Shown here piece by piece: positions 11,833 to 24,625 of a stretch of 64,000 nt of DNA (positions are counted from its first letter, which is position 1; every line of letters begins with the position of its first letter). The stretch is from Lama guanicoe (Eukaryota). Location: positions 62,001 to 126,000 of the forward strand of contig MU056029.1 in assembly GCA_013239625.1 (NCBI GenBank), written 5' to 3'. The position numbers and the translations under genes are program-made. A model generated the notes under the pieces. The model made no database searches. It saw only the letters and a list, made by a program, of their open reading frames with translations, and was not told the DNA's origin.

Positions 11833-13499
11833 AGATGAATAACCCTCTAATAGGACAAATAAGACTCTCAGAGCCTGGCTCTATTTGGTGACCCCTTAGT
11901 AATAATATGCCACTGTTTGCATGCTTTTTTTTTCTTTTTCTAAGGAAAAAGCATTAGTGTACTATTTCGTAAGTCAGTATGCACCTTTATAATCAGTGAT
12001 CCATTTTGCTTCATTTCGCTCAACTTTGAACAGAGTCATAAATTGATACTTGTATTTAGGAAATATGTTCTTGAGTGAAAAATGAGAAAATGGAAAAGAT
12101 TGAATTAAGAAGGGGACAAGCAACTGAAAGTCTCATTAGTGTTGGACTAAAAGAAGGGAACACTGCATGCTTATATTAAGTAGTGGTAATGGAACCATAT
12201 TTTAGTTCTTTAATTTACTATTAAATATTTTCTGAGACTCTCTCTCTTTGTCTTTCTTTCTGTCATGTTTTGCTGATACAGAAGGACTGGAATCAGGTCT
12301 TCCACTTCAGAGGATAGGGGTGAGTAGCTCTTTGATATTCTTCTATCATATGCTCTGTGCCAGGTCCTGAGGTCTCTGTGCTGGTCGTTTTAGAGGCTTA
12401 TTTGAGAATATTTTGATACGTCCTTTTCCTCATTGAGATCCTCACCAACATCACTTACATTATTGAATCCTTATCATTCCTTCGATTATTTTTAACTCTT
12501 TTCTGCTTTGATGGAAAAAATGCACAATTTTAGAGAATTTTTGGCAACTTAATATTGGATCAAAAAATTATTGTAGTAAAATCCAAATGTGTCCAAATAT
12601 CAGATTTTGGTCATCTGTTAAAGCATTGGGATGTCAGGATAGAGACTCCACGAGTCATAGGCCTTTGTGGTCATACTGCGTGATATTTTTGTTCCTACTT
12701 TAATCTTTGTGGATTTGCATAAATTAGTTGTTTCTCATTTTTGCAGCATGGAACGCTGTATATGAAATTTTGTTAGATCTCTTCAAGACCATGAAGTTTT
12801 TACACAATAGAATTTCAAAAGCAATATTGTTTTGAAACACAAAATAGTTCAATTTTTAATACTGTGTCAGGCTAAAGAAGATATTATGTTAGAGGTATCA
12901 AATGGAGAATTATGAAATGTCATATATGTTATAATTATTTCTTACTAAAACTTGAAATGCATCACCAAAAAGAGTGGTTCACCAAGCTATGTTGAAGATT
13001 ACATTACCTGGGACTTTTGAGATTAATGCCCTAAGGATAGATAAACTTTTTTCTTAACAGAGTTCTGTCACAAATTCTATGAAGTGGTACTTATATTTGT
13101 GTATATTATACATTATTTGTTTATTCATATTTATTCTCTAGAACCATAGAAGATAATTCTAAAGAGCTGAGTAATAGAAAATCAATCAAAAAGGAGATTG
13201 GCTTAGCCAGATATTTAAATAAACCACAGTCATTAACATATGAATAGCAGGAACAATGGGGCATGTTTTTGCTTAAAAAGTGCGTCCTCACAAACCCTTA
13301 TTTGCATATTTGTTACTATTAAATTTTCAAAGCCATGAAATCTGAGCATTGAAAGTCATGTGGGAAATAAGGCACCTGGGTTGTTTCTGTGCTTGTAATA
13401 TTTGTATCTTTTCCCGTGCCTGGATTAGTTGCTGTGTTTGGGTGGCAAATTTATTAAGCTCTGCGATTATTGTGCATGTTTTTTTTATTCTGAAACCAG

Positions 13500-13700
13500 T
13501 TTTTATTTTTATTGCAATATAATTGACACATAACATTATATTAGTTTCAGGTACATAGCATAATGATTCAATATAATGCATAGATTGTGAAATAATCACC
13601 ACAGTAAGTCTAGTTAACATTCATCACCACACTTATACATTTGTTTCTTGTGATGAGAACTTTTAAGATCTGCTCTGTTAGCAACTTTCAGATATACAGC
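13500..13700 (-). mobile_element. Short L1 3' end fragment
   Basis: T-rich start then 'ataattgacacataacattatattagtttcaggtacatagcataatgatt...gatgagaacttttaagatct', characteristic L1MA-type 3' UTR. Confidence 0.75.
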
Positions 13701-16129
13701 ATCCTCTTTTCTACACATATATTTCAATAGAAAGTTTAAAATTTCCCATCAAAATAGTCCAGATACTAGCTAGTACATTTTCTAGGAATATTGTCTAGCA
13801 AATAATGTATTACTTGAGGACTAATGATTGATGTCTTTAGGACAAGTCAAGAGGTTCTCTTTTAAACACAGACATTTCAGTAAATCAAACACTGCAGTAG
13901 CATTTAACACTGACAGCCATACCAAGATAGCTTTTGTTTTCAATCTCTTAAATACTTATTATTTTCAAAGCAAAATTTGTAGACAAAGGTTCAGATGTTC
14001 AAAAAGACCCAGAGTTTAGATAAATTATATAAGGTTTTATTTATTATAATAGTTTATATTCTGATAATTAGTGTAAGAATGACAATGAGAGGGTAAAATT
14101 GATTACAATGATTTTAAAAGATTGTTAACATGAAATTAATCAAAGTAGCTTCCCTAGTAGGAATTTTTAAGATTCAGTACTGTGTTTCTTTCCAGATAAT
14201 TTGAGCAAATCCATATTTGGTATATGGATTTTTTTTTCTTTGCATTTCTTTGTCTTTAGTGCTGACAATGCATGCTTGAGAGTGAACAGATAAGAAAATA
14301 AAGCCATAAGTTATGGTGTCAGGTTTAAGTAGCAGATTAATGACAATTTTAATCTAGAGGCAAATCTTGAAAATTATTGTCATTTCATTGAAAGGTCAAA
14401 TAACTACTGATACACACACTTTTATTTTGCTCCAAACACCTTACAAACATTGTATGGCTCATTTAAATGAGAGCCTAGGCGTGTGTTTATGTATGTGTAA
14501 GTGTGTTTGTGAACTTGACACGGAGAAACCAGAACATCTGGTTGCCAATGTTCTTTGCATATATATAAGGTTAGGGTCATGTTGACTCAGACCTACACAT
14601 CAAACATGGCTCACCTAACTCTGGGATATGTCTCCAGGTCAAGCATTTCCAATAAACATAGCAAATTAAAGTCCCCTTGCAATTAATATTCACAATTAAC
14701 TTATGTCAGTATTTTTTATGTATACCATCTGTGTGAAGATAAATCCAAAGTCGTTTCTCCACGCCAGACTTAGTATGCAGTAAACTCATTATTTACTTAC
14801 ATACTTACAAAAAGTGATAAGCAGAGTGAGAGACTGTGGCCAAGTGGACGTGATGGAGTAGAGGCTGGAGTATGAATTAATGATGCACTTGGTTTGGCTA
14901 CGCATATCCAAGAGAAAATTGGGAAAACACATATAGCAGGAAAGCACTGATGTGACTCCTTTACCTAGAGAGTTTAGCTAACTTTTTGTGGAATAGAAAT
15001 ATGGGTTGTTGTCCCTAAATAGAAAATAATAATGGAGACAGAAAATTAAAGAAAAAATTAGTGCAGATTGAGTAAAACTGTAGATCTAGTGATGTACTCA
15101 GTAGATCGGCAATTGGCAGTGAATACTGTTACAACGTGGGAAATACTGCTGGGGAGAGTAAGGAAAGACAAAGTTGCTAAAAGCAGCTTTCTATAGGGTG
15201 TTATTCTGGTGTTGAGTGCTTTTGCTCCAAAAAATCTAAGTGGTAAATCTTGAAAATTGATTTCTGCCACATTATTTGGTTCTAATTTTTACATGTGTTG
15301 ACATGCCATCGTCCAAACTGTGCCATCCCCATAGAGAGGCGTGGTTGTGCAGAAGTTTATGCCGTTGCCATATTGCCAGCTTCAGTAAATGAGCTGATGC
15401 ATTTACTGTTTTGTCAATACAATAACACACCTGTAGGAATGTAACCCAGTTACAGAAATGCTAATTTGTCTAGAGTTGCCTTACCAAAATCAATGGTAAA
15501 TATACTTATCTGAGGATTCCAGGAGATTATTTCCACATACTAATCGTAGATTCAAGCTGAATGTCTTTTTTTAGGAGGCGAAGACTTTCAAAATTGGGTC
15601 AATGTGGTCACCTCCTCAGTAATTTCACAATGCCTCTATGCACATGGCTTTCCATTCTCTCATCAAGTTGCACTTTCATAATAGCTTTGTTAGACAGACT
15701 TCACATTAAAGAGGGGTCTGGTGTTTCATTTCTTCTAAATTATTTGTTGTTAACCATGAACAAGTATTTAAGTAAAAACTTAAATACAGAAACACATATA
15801 GAAATAACTTTAAAAAGTGGTCAAATAGCTATAAAGTGGATTATTAGTGTCAGTAACACTGGGAAATTATAAGGGAACATAGGACATTTAGATGTTACAT
15901 AATGTCAATTGGACCAAATTGTGGTTTCATTATGATTACCATTTATATGTTTTCTCAATTGGTATTTACTTTTTTTGGACAAATTTTTTTTTTTGCGCAC
16001 ATAAAATAGCTATCACTAGGAACAGGACAGCAAGAACAGAAATAAGAAGTTCCCTGTGTCTTCTGGAATTCTTAGTATGATGAGAGGGCCATACATTTGT
16101 CTTAATAAATTTAAAACAGTTAAATTAAT

Positions 16130-17155
16130 ATAAACCGTGTTTATACAGTTTCCTGTGCTATACAGAAGAAATTTGTTTTTCATCTATTTTTCTACATAAT
16201 AGCTAATATTTGTAAATTTCTTACTCCCAGATCTATCCCTTCCCACCCCCATCTCCCAGTAACCATAAGATTGTTTACTATGTCTGCTAGTCTGTTTCTG
16301 TTTCATAGATGAGTTCTTTAGTCTTCTTTATTCGTTTTTTAGATTCCACATATGAACGATATCACGTGGTATTTTTCTTTCTCTTTCTGACTTACTTCAC
16401 TTAGAGTGATGATCTCCATGTCCATCCATGTTGCTGCAAATGGCTGAGTAATATTCCATTGTATAAATATACCACAGCTTCTTTATCCAGTCATCTGTTG
16501 ATGGACGTTAAGGTTTGTTTCCATGTCTTGGCTGTTGCATACAGTGCTGCTATGAACATTGGGGTGCTTGTGTCTTTTCCAATTAGAGTTCCCTCTAGGT
16601 GTATGACCAGGAGTGGGATTGTTGGATCATATGATAAGTCTATTTTTAGTTTTTGGAGGAATCTCCATACTGTTTTCCACAGTGACTGCACCAAACTACA
16701 TTCCCATTGGCAGTGTAGGAGGGTCCCCTTTTCTCCACAGCCTCTCCAGCATTTATCGTTTGTGGACTTTTGAATGATGGTCATTCTGACCTCATTGAAG
16801 TTTTGATTTGCATTTCTCTGATAGTTAGTGATATTGAGCACTTTTTCATGTGCCTATTGGCTATTTTGTATGCCTTCACTGCATAATTGCTTATTTTAGG
16901 CCTTCTGCCCATTTTTAGATGGGGTTGTTCTTTTTTTGTTATTAGGTTGTATGAGCTGTTTATATATTCTGGAAATTAAACCTTTGTCAGTCACATCACT
17001 TGAAAATGTTTTCGCCCGTTCTGTAAGCTGTCATTTTGTTTTGCTTCTGGTTTCCTTTGCTGTACAAAAGCTTGTAAGTTTAATCAGGTCCCATTTGTTA
17101 ATTTTTGCTTTTATTTCTATTGCCTGGGAGACTGCCCTAGGAGAACATTGCTGAG
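16130..17155 (-). mobile_element. 5'-truncated, relatively young LINE-1
   Basis: ORF 16491-16841 '[49 protein letters not shown]' is the L1 ORF2 C-terminal Cys-rich region. Confidence 0.9.
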
Positions 17156-18124
17156 ATAAATACCTGCAGCTAGAAAGAGCTGCACAGGTACACTGAACAG
17201 AATGGATGTGGGTTTCCTAACTCAGGTCACGAGTGTCGAGCCCGCAGTGGACCTTGTAAGAGGAGAGCCCCGTCAGCAGTGACCTGTCGCTCTCGGCCTG
17301 CGCACAGCCATGGTTCCCACTTGGGGCCTCAGACACAGGGATTTCCTGTGTCTTTAAAATGGTTTAAAAATCATCTTTGACTTGGCTTTTGCTCTAAAAG
17401 TGGCTTGAGAGCAAGGAGGTTCCATCCCACTTGTCCAGCAAGAGAGAGGATAGCAGGAGAAAAGGCCAGTCCTGTCCACAGTGGGAAGAGGAAGCGTCAC
17501 CACCGTAATTACGGTGAGACAGGGCGACTGAGTGCTCTTCTGGAACTTGGTGTAGTTCTGTATTTTGCTGGTGTTGGCCGCCAGCAGAGGGCTTTCTGGA
17601 CCTTTCCTCCCTTTTCCAACGTTAGCAAATCTATGCAAAGCGAATCCTCATATAACAGTGTTTTACACTGGTTGCTCTCTAAGATCCCTTATTGCTCTAA
17701 AGCTGTTCAATCTTGTGAGCACATTTATAGTTAAAGGCAGTCGTGTTCCAGGCGTGGGTGGGCTGTCAGCTGGCACCTGTTCCATTGGTTGGTATCATAT
17801 TGTTAAATATTTGAAGATTATCCCTGGATGGGCTCTGCTGACTGTAAAACAGACTAGCACATCTGACCTGTGTGGGCTCCGGCTAGAGGAGAAGGCGAAG
17901 GTAAAGATGGTCAACAAAGGAGTAACTGGGTAAATTCAGCCCTTTCACCAGGTGCAATAAAACAACCCAACCACCCAAACTGCTCTGATCACTATTCTGC
18001 CATTTAAGGCCAGTGAGGTGAGAGAGGGACTTTCCTGCACAGCATGCAATGGGTCAGCATCATTCCGACAAAGCGCCTTCCCCCTACTAAGGCTGATACT
18101 TTGCTAAGAAGTGAACTTTTCTTA

Positions 18125-18575
18125 TGTCAGTTAAGATACTGTTAGCTGAAGACTTGTGGGATGATTTGATCAAATGGCTCAACCATGTGATTTAAAACCT
18201 GGGTTCTGTTCCCCCATACAACCATCCACGGGTCAGCAGCATCTCAAGGCTGGGTGCCCTTGGTAGCAGGAAAGCTGATGACAGCAACTGGAGTCAACAT
18301 GATTTCTTGTTCAGGCAGCATGTTGAGTCCCAAAACCCATGTAAGAGGAAGCATGCTCCTTTCCCCAAGCCACAGTAAACATCCTGTCATATCTTAAAGG
18401 CTCTTAGTGCTGGTGTCCAGCCCCAGTCCAAGCCAATCACTGTGGCAAGGCAGGTGGCAGTATCCTGATTGGCTTAGATGGATCCATCTACCCCTGTGGC
18501 CAAGCATAGTTCTGGAGTTGGACCTCCAAGCTGCATGATAGCCACTGAGCAGGGAACAGTGGCCTGGACTACCAC
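18125..18575. mobile_element. Ancient MaLR LTR remnant (MLT1-like)
   Basis: Motif 'gccaatcactgtggcaagg...ctgattggcttag' resembles MLT1J/K/L consensus as recalled; boundaries approximate. Confidence 0.5.
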
Positions 18576-20010
18576 CCTTGGGGGACCTCCTGAATTCATG
18601 GACACTCCTTTAGATTTATATAATATTTTCTAATTTAGAAATAATTTTTATAGAAATTTAATTTCACTAATAAAAATACCACTCTTACCCTAAATGTAAG
18701 TAAAGGACAAGGAGCTATCAAAGCTTTGTGTTTTTACACTGCAGGGTCTGGCAGAGCAGTAACTGTTAATAAGGGGAACAAACACAGGGGAAGGCTAGGA
18801 TTTTGAGGTTTGGTGGACTGATGGAAGGCTGAGCACTGTTTCAGGAATACAGTATTTAGATAAAAGAGGTTGGGGTCTGCTGGTCTTGAAGAGCATTGAG
18901 GATGGACCGGGAAACAGGAGGAAGAGGGACAGAAGGAAGAGGAAAGGGACCAATAATTTACATACTGCATGGGCAACCCTAGGAGAAGAAGATTATAGTT
19001 GTCAAAGTTCAGTCATTAAAAAAAAGAAACCCTAATGAGTAACATTCTGAGTTGCAAAGTGGCTGGATCACAAACATACTAAATTCCGGGCAGAACAAAT
19101 GGCAGTGTATTTGAAGGTGTTTATGTAAATGGGGCTATGGTTTGAGGAATAACAGAGCTAGGATTAGGACTCTGAGTCTTCTGCAGGCTGGCACCAGCAC
19201 CGTCCAGCAGGCTCTGTGACCCACGCTGCTGTCATCCTGTCCGAAGCTGTTTAGAAAGGGTCTAATATCCAGTTAGGGCCACGTTTTTTGAGCTCAGGAT
19301 CCAGGGACAGACTGTCAACAGCTGATGAACCCTCAGCAAAGCTATCGTCAAGTTATTACCTTCTCTTCCTTCTCCTCCTCTACCTCTCTCCCCTGCCCAC
19401 CCCCACTCCCTTTTTAACTTTTGGGAGGTCTCTTCTTTGAATAAAATTCTTATATAACACAATTAAAAGGAAGTCAACCAACTGACCAACTCCATCTTTG
19501 AGTTTCATACAATAAAACTCTAAAAAGTGTCTTCTTCAACCACCTACATATAAATATGTTCTCAGATTATACTTCTAAATCTCATGTCTTTGTTAATAAT
19601 CTTGCTAAAAACTTGTCCATTACCACTTGCCAGGGAGATAGAAGGGGCCACATTTAAGAAACCGCCAACATTCATAAATGACTGAAAAGCAAACGCAGGG
19701 AGCTTTGAGCCCCACCTCTGCCCATTCAGCTCTTATCTTGCCTTTACATCGCCTTCCCCTTGGAGTGGGGACAGTTCTCCGGTGGAAGCTGGGCCAGTGG
19801 TAAACAGGCCAGCGAAGAAGGCTCCCAGGACCTCTGTCCTTGGGAGAAGCACTGGCCACCAGACTGCATGCCTCGATGATCCACAGTTCTTAACAACAAA
19901 CACTGGAGCCTGGAATAGAACCCTGTGGTCATAGTGCCCACAGGTCACTAGGCACCCTCACAGGTCTGCTGACAGAACGCTGGCCGCCAGCTCCCTGGGT
20001 GGGCAGAGGA

Positions 20011-21123
20011 ATGTCAGATCCCCTGACCCAAGTGGGCATCTCATGGAAAAGCCACCAGCAGAGCGACCATCAGAGCTCGTTGGACAGCACCAAGAATCAG
20101 GGAAAGAGGCACTATTTGGTATTCAGACAGAACATAAAGTTTATGGAAACAGAGAAGTCCCACTCAGTTCTGTCCTTCAACTGGAAAGAGGAGAATTTGC
20201 TGAAAAAGAAACTCAGTTTTCTGGACTCCATGAAGAAACACGAAGCTAACGCCCGGCTAATGGAGCAGAAAATCTTTTACAAACGATGCCACTCGAAGCT
20301 GCGCAGGGCAGAGCTGGCGCACGCTCGGTTGCTAGGCAACAAGGACCTGGTCCGCGGGCTCACCTCCAGGAACGCGCTGTCCAGCTACACCGCTACCTTG
20401 GCGGATGACAGCGAGGCAGCCGTGAAGGCGATCGTGCAGAACAGGAGAGAGTGGGAGAACAAGACGCTCTTCAGCCTCAGTCTGGACAAACACAGACCGC
20501 ACCCGCCCACAGCTTCCAGGTCAACCTTAAGGGCAGGCTCCAGGCACGCAGGCTGGAGAGCAACGGTGGGAAGAAGGGGGTCTCCCTCCAGAGGGGAGGG
20601 CAGATCAGTTCTGGTTTTATCTTTAGAGTCTCCAGATAATCCAGAGCAAGGAGGAAAGCAGAGACGGCTTCCTGTGGCCAGCAGGGCGCCACCGTGGGGA
20701 GAAGGCGTCCGCAGAGAGTCCCCCAGCCGGCCCCGGGGCCCTGCACAGAGTCAACCCCGAAGTCCAGACGTCGGCGGGAAATCGGAAGGCAAGCTTCTGA
20801 AGTACATAGTCTATGGAGACCGAAGTGAGGAACGTCCCAAGAAGAAAAGGCCAAGACCCAGGAAAAACGCGCGCGGCCCCGGGGGCGTGAAAACGGACCC
20901 GGCACTGCCGACCCAGGTCCCAGCCAGCCTAAAGCAAGAGTTCCTCGCCAGCGAAAGAGCTAAGTACCTGGACGACAGAAACCAAAGTCTGTCGCAGCCC
21001 ACACATTTTTCCTTTCAAGGCTACTCCTTCCTACAGCCCCTGGCAGAAGGGCATGGAGGGGGTACTGCACGCTCCAGGAATCAGAACGCTTGGAGTAGGA
21101 AGAGGGCAGAAAGCCGTTCCTGA
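20011..21123 (+). CDS. Uncharacterised intronless ORF, 370 aa from ATG 20011 (326 aa from ATG 20143)
   Basis: Longest non-UBE3A ORF in the window; not L1/ERV-like; charged helical N-terminal part, R/P/S/G-rich middle, basic cluster RPKKKRPRPRK; AATAAA at 22074-22079 downstream. No expression or conservation evidence available. Confidence 0.55.
   Translation: MSDPLTQVGISWKSHQQSDHQSSLDSTKNQGKRHYLVFRQNIKFMETEKSHSVLSFNWKEENLLKKKLSFLDSMKKHEANARLMEQKIFYKRCHSKLRRAELAHARLLGNKDLVRGLTSRNALSSYTATLADDSEAAVKAIVQNRREWENKTLFSLSLDKHRPHPPTASRSTLRAGSRHAGWRATVGRRGSPSRGEGRSVLVLSLESPDNPEQGGKQRRLPVASRAPPWGEGVRRESPSRPRGPAQSQPRSPDVGGKSEGKLLKYIVYGDRSEERPKKKRPRPRKNARGPGGVKTDPALPTQVPASLKQEFLASERAKYLDDRNQSLSQPTHFSFQGYSFLQPLAEGHGGGTARSRNQNAWSRKRAESRS
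20221..21000. promoter_or_regulatory. CpG-island-like segment
   Basis: Hand count of about 50 CpG in 780 nt of GC-rich sequence, far above the CpG-depleted flanks. Confidence 0.65.
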
Positions 21124-22793
21124 AGAGGTGGGGAAACAGATTGGAAGCAATTCCATCACTAAGAAGAGCAAACACCTTTTTTTTTTTTTTCTAAGACGCC
21201 CTTCCCCTTTCCACCCGTGTATCATTCAGCAACTCCTTCTTGATGCTTACCGAGAGAAATCTTACCCCGACCCCAAGACTGCTCCTGATCTCAGGGAGGA
21301 AATGCTTTTCCTCTTCTACTAGACCATGACAAGGCAGGATTTAACAGTGAGAAAGTGGACCTGGGTCATGACTCGCCCTGCTGCCCCTCAAATAGAGACA
21401 TGGAGCCCAGCAGTGGGCATGCACAGCAACGGGGGTGCGGGCTGGCCGCGGCCAGGGCGCCTGGGGCTTCCCACGTGGCCGTGGGTCCATCTCCACATCA
21501 AGGAGGAATATCTAAGAGGAACATGGTCCTGGGAGATGTTTTGCCTCTAATGCTCTTACTGTAAAAAGAGAGTAAAAGACAATAATGTGGGGAACGTTAG
21601 CAAATTGGTTTCTTCAGTGGCTTGGGGAGGGAACGGGAATAGGAACGTGGCTCTTATTTCTGACCTTTTACAGTGAAGTCAAACAAATGAAAACCAGTTG
21701 ATTTGAAAACTAGGAGAGCTCGCTCTCCCTCCCTCCTGTCCCCCTCCCATCCCACGGGCAAGCCCAGTGGAGAGCCTCCTTACATTTCCTTAAGCAAAGA
21801 AATGCTGACGGAAGCAAGTGGAATTAAGTAGTCTGATGTGGTAAGAGCACCCCATGCAAGGCAGAAGCTCTGCTCTCCAGTTTTATATACATTTATATAA
21901 ATGTAACAGCCAGCGTTGTCTTGGGCAAAGCGCTTCACAGCTGGAGACCAAAGTTTTCTTATCTATCTAATGAGGGTTGAGGAAGATGGACTTTTAGGTC
22001 ACCCCTCAACTTCCCCAGTGCAATTACTTTAACTTGTCACAAAAGCAGATATTGGATGTCTGCCCTTGAGTAAAATAAAACATCTTCAGTCTTGTGTCCT
22101 TGCATTGGTCAGTTAACATTTCCGACTCTTTTCTGAGATAGTATAAGGCAGTTAAAAATCCTTGTTATCAGTTAGATGGTCATGAGATAAGTACACAGAG
22201 ACATGGCACTTTTACCTTTAAATGAATAATGACAGGTCTCTCTTTAAATATTATTTCTGTATTTCCCAAATATGTAAGTCCCATGATGACAGCAAAATAA
22301 CCTAAGAAAGTGGAATCCATGTTATAAAGCATATGGCTGCATAATTGCAGGTTTAATGTCACCTGTGAAATCAGAGCTGCAGACGGAGGCTACTCTCTGT
22401 CCACTGCCGTGGTCTGCACTGGTCTGCGTCCACTTCGTGTGGAGTCAGTGACAGTGTTGTTAATTTCCTCTCTGGGTTACTTGCAGAGACATATTGAAAG
22501 CACACAGGGGGTTGTGATGATCTACAAGAAGCTAGCCTGAAATAAACAACAGGATCACTGGTGTGATCTTAGAGTGGGGTGGGGAGGGGAGGAACTGAGG
22601 TAGAGAGAAATAAAGAAGCACTAATAAGGCTAAAGTTACTTAGGACATGCGCGATTTACTCACCACCGTCTTAGGAATGTGCGGAAAACTGATTCCCCTT
22701 CTGCTGCTTTCCAAAAACCAGCTACATTCTTAAGTGTAAGGCTGTGCTGTCCATGAGTAGTGGGAAGGGTGTGAGGGGCAGGAAAGCTCCATC

Positions 22794-23430
22794 GGATGCA
22801 GGAAAACGGATGTGGGCATGAGGAGGGCTGTGTCCCAGGCTTCGGTGGAGCCCCTGGGATGTGCCCAGCCAAGTGTGGGTCCTTGACTTCACGCAGGAAA
22901 GAATTCAAGAGCAAGCCACAGTTGAGTAAAGGTAGATTTATACAGATACATCAAAAGGCGAGAGAAAGGCCACGAGGTGTGGGGTTGGGTGCTCAGATTA
23001 GAGTAAAAGTAGGTACACACTCCATAGACAGAGGGTGGTCCGTCTCTGAAGAGAGAGAGAGGGGGGGAGGCAGCTATGAGGCAGGCACTGTGCTGCCAGT
23101 TTTTATGGGTCCAGTAGCTTCATATGCTAATAAGTGAAAGGACCTGTCTAACTAGGTTAGGGAAGGGGGCTGGGATTCCCAGGAAGTTGGCCATTTCCCA
23201 CTCTTTGACCTTTTGTGGCTAGTCTTGGGACTGTCATGGCACCTGTGGGCGTGTTATTCACCATGTTAATAGATTACAGTGGGCGTATAATGAAGTTCAA
23301 GGTCCACTGGAAGTCAAATCTCCCACCATCTTGAGCCTCAAGTCCTACTAGGGGTTGAATCTTTTGCCATTTTGGTGTCAATTACTGTGTTATTCCCCAA
23401 ATGGCTTTGCCCTGCCCCCTTCCTGTCTCA
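22794..23430 (-). mobile_element. Solo LTR, ERV1 class (MER41-like core)
   Basis: 4-bp target-site duplication CATC at 22790-22793 and 23431-23434; minus strand starts TGAGACAGGAAG; core 'gacttcacgcaggaaagaattcaagagcaagcc' typical of MER41-related LTRs. Confidence 0.8.
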
Positions 23431-24625
23431 CATCCAAGACCTTCCAGGAACAACTCTTACAGTGTTTTCACTGGTAGTTTCTGTGGGGATCTGGAAGTCC
23501 AGTTTACAAATCAGACCTATTTTGGTTTTAAAATCATAACTTTATTCATATGTTTATTCAACTAATATGTGCTGACCATTGGGGTGAAGAAAACAGACAC
23601 ACTTCTACTCTCATGGAGTATATAATTTAAGGAGAGAGGCAATCATGAAGTGAGAAAAAAATACGTTGTGAAAGGTACTTTGGAATAATGATAAGCATTT
23701 TGGAGACTACAATTTAAATTTGAAAAATATTTCAGTCCTATTAGCAAAACACATTGAAGGCAAATGGCATTTTCCCTGGTTTGGGTGCAGGAAGCAAAAT
23801 CACACAGGGCACTTCTGAAATGCATTTTTAGGAGATGGGCCGACTCCCATGTAACAGGCTCAGTTGTGCACTGCAGTCGTGGTGAGCTGCGATTCTCCTG
23901 CCCAGCCTCAGCTGGAAGCACTTGGAGGTCATTTTCCTGCCCTTGATTATGATCCCTAGAGCAAGGCTGCTTCCAGAAACAGATTTGATCTCACTACTGT
24001 GAGCTTTTTGACCAACTGATAAATGGGCCAAACCCAGCAGTGTAAGTAAGGCAGTGATAAGTCTTGAAAGGTGGACACGTCTGCTGTAACTGATGATTTT
24101 TTGAGTTAATATGCATAACATTTCAAGAGTTTTAAAATATTTTCACTCAGCTGACTTATCGTCATGCAATGAATATATATCTGCATCTATATCTCTGTCT
24201 ATGCACGTCCCTCTTAAAAGCTGCAGTAGGAATGAGATGGGTAGGAGGAGGGTGTCAGCCAGTGGTGACAAAGGACAGCAGGGAAGAGGACGGGAAAGAG
24301 ACACTGGTTGCTGTGCAGCCCCATAAAGCTTAAAAGTTTACATTCTGCCCTAAGTGCTGGAGGCACAGCCATGAGCAAGACAAGGTCTCTGCCCTCAAGA
24401 GGCTTGTTTCTAGCAGAGCACAGATTAAAATGAGCAGATGTGTGAATTGCTTTTCATCTTCCTTTACCGCAAGCTCCTTGTGTTACCTCAAAGGCTAGCA
24501 CTACCCAGGGACTCTGCACGTTCTCTTCTGCCCCCTTTATTACCTTCCCCTGGTGATTCCCTAGGGGTTCCTCTATGCTGCAGAACCATACATTTTAATC
24601 TGTGTAGGCTTTTCTTTAAACCTGT

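Noticed and set aside
17354..17933. Overlapping 94-122 aa ORFs
   Set aside because: No recognisable domain, mostly non-ATG starts, no consistent exon structure.
20477..21002. Minus-strand ORFs of 142 aa and 63 aa
   Set aside because: Antisense shadows of the GC-rich + strand ORF.
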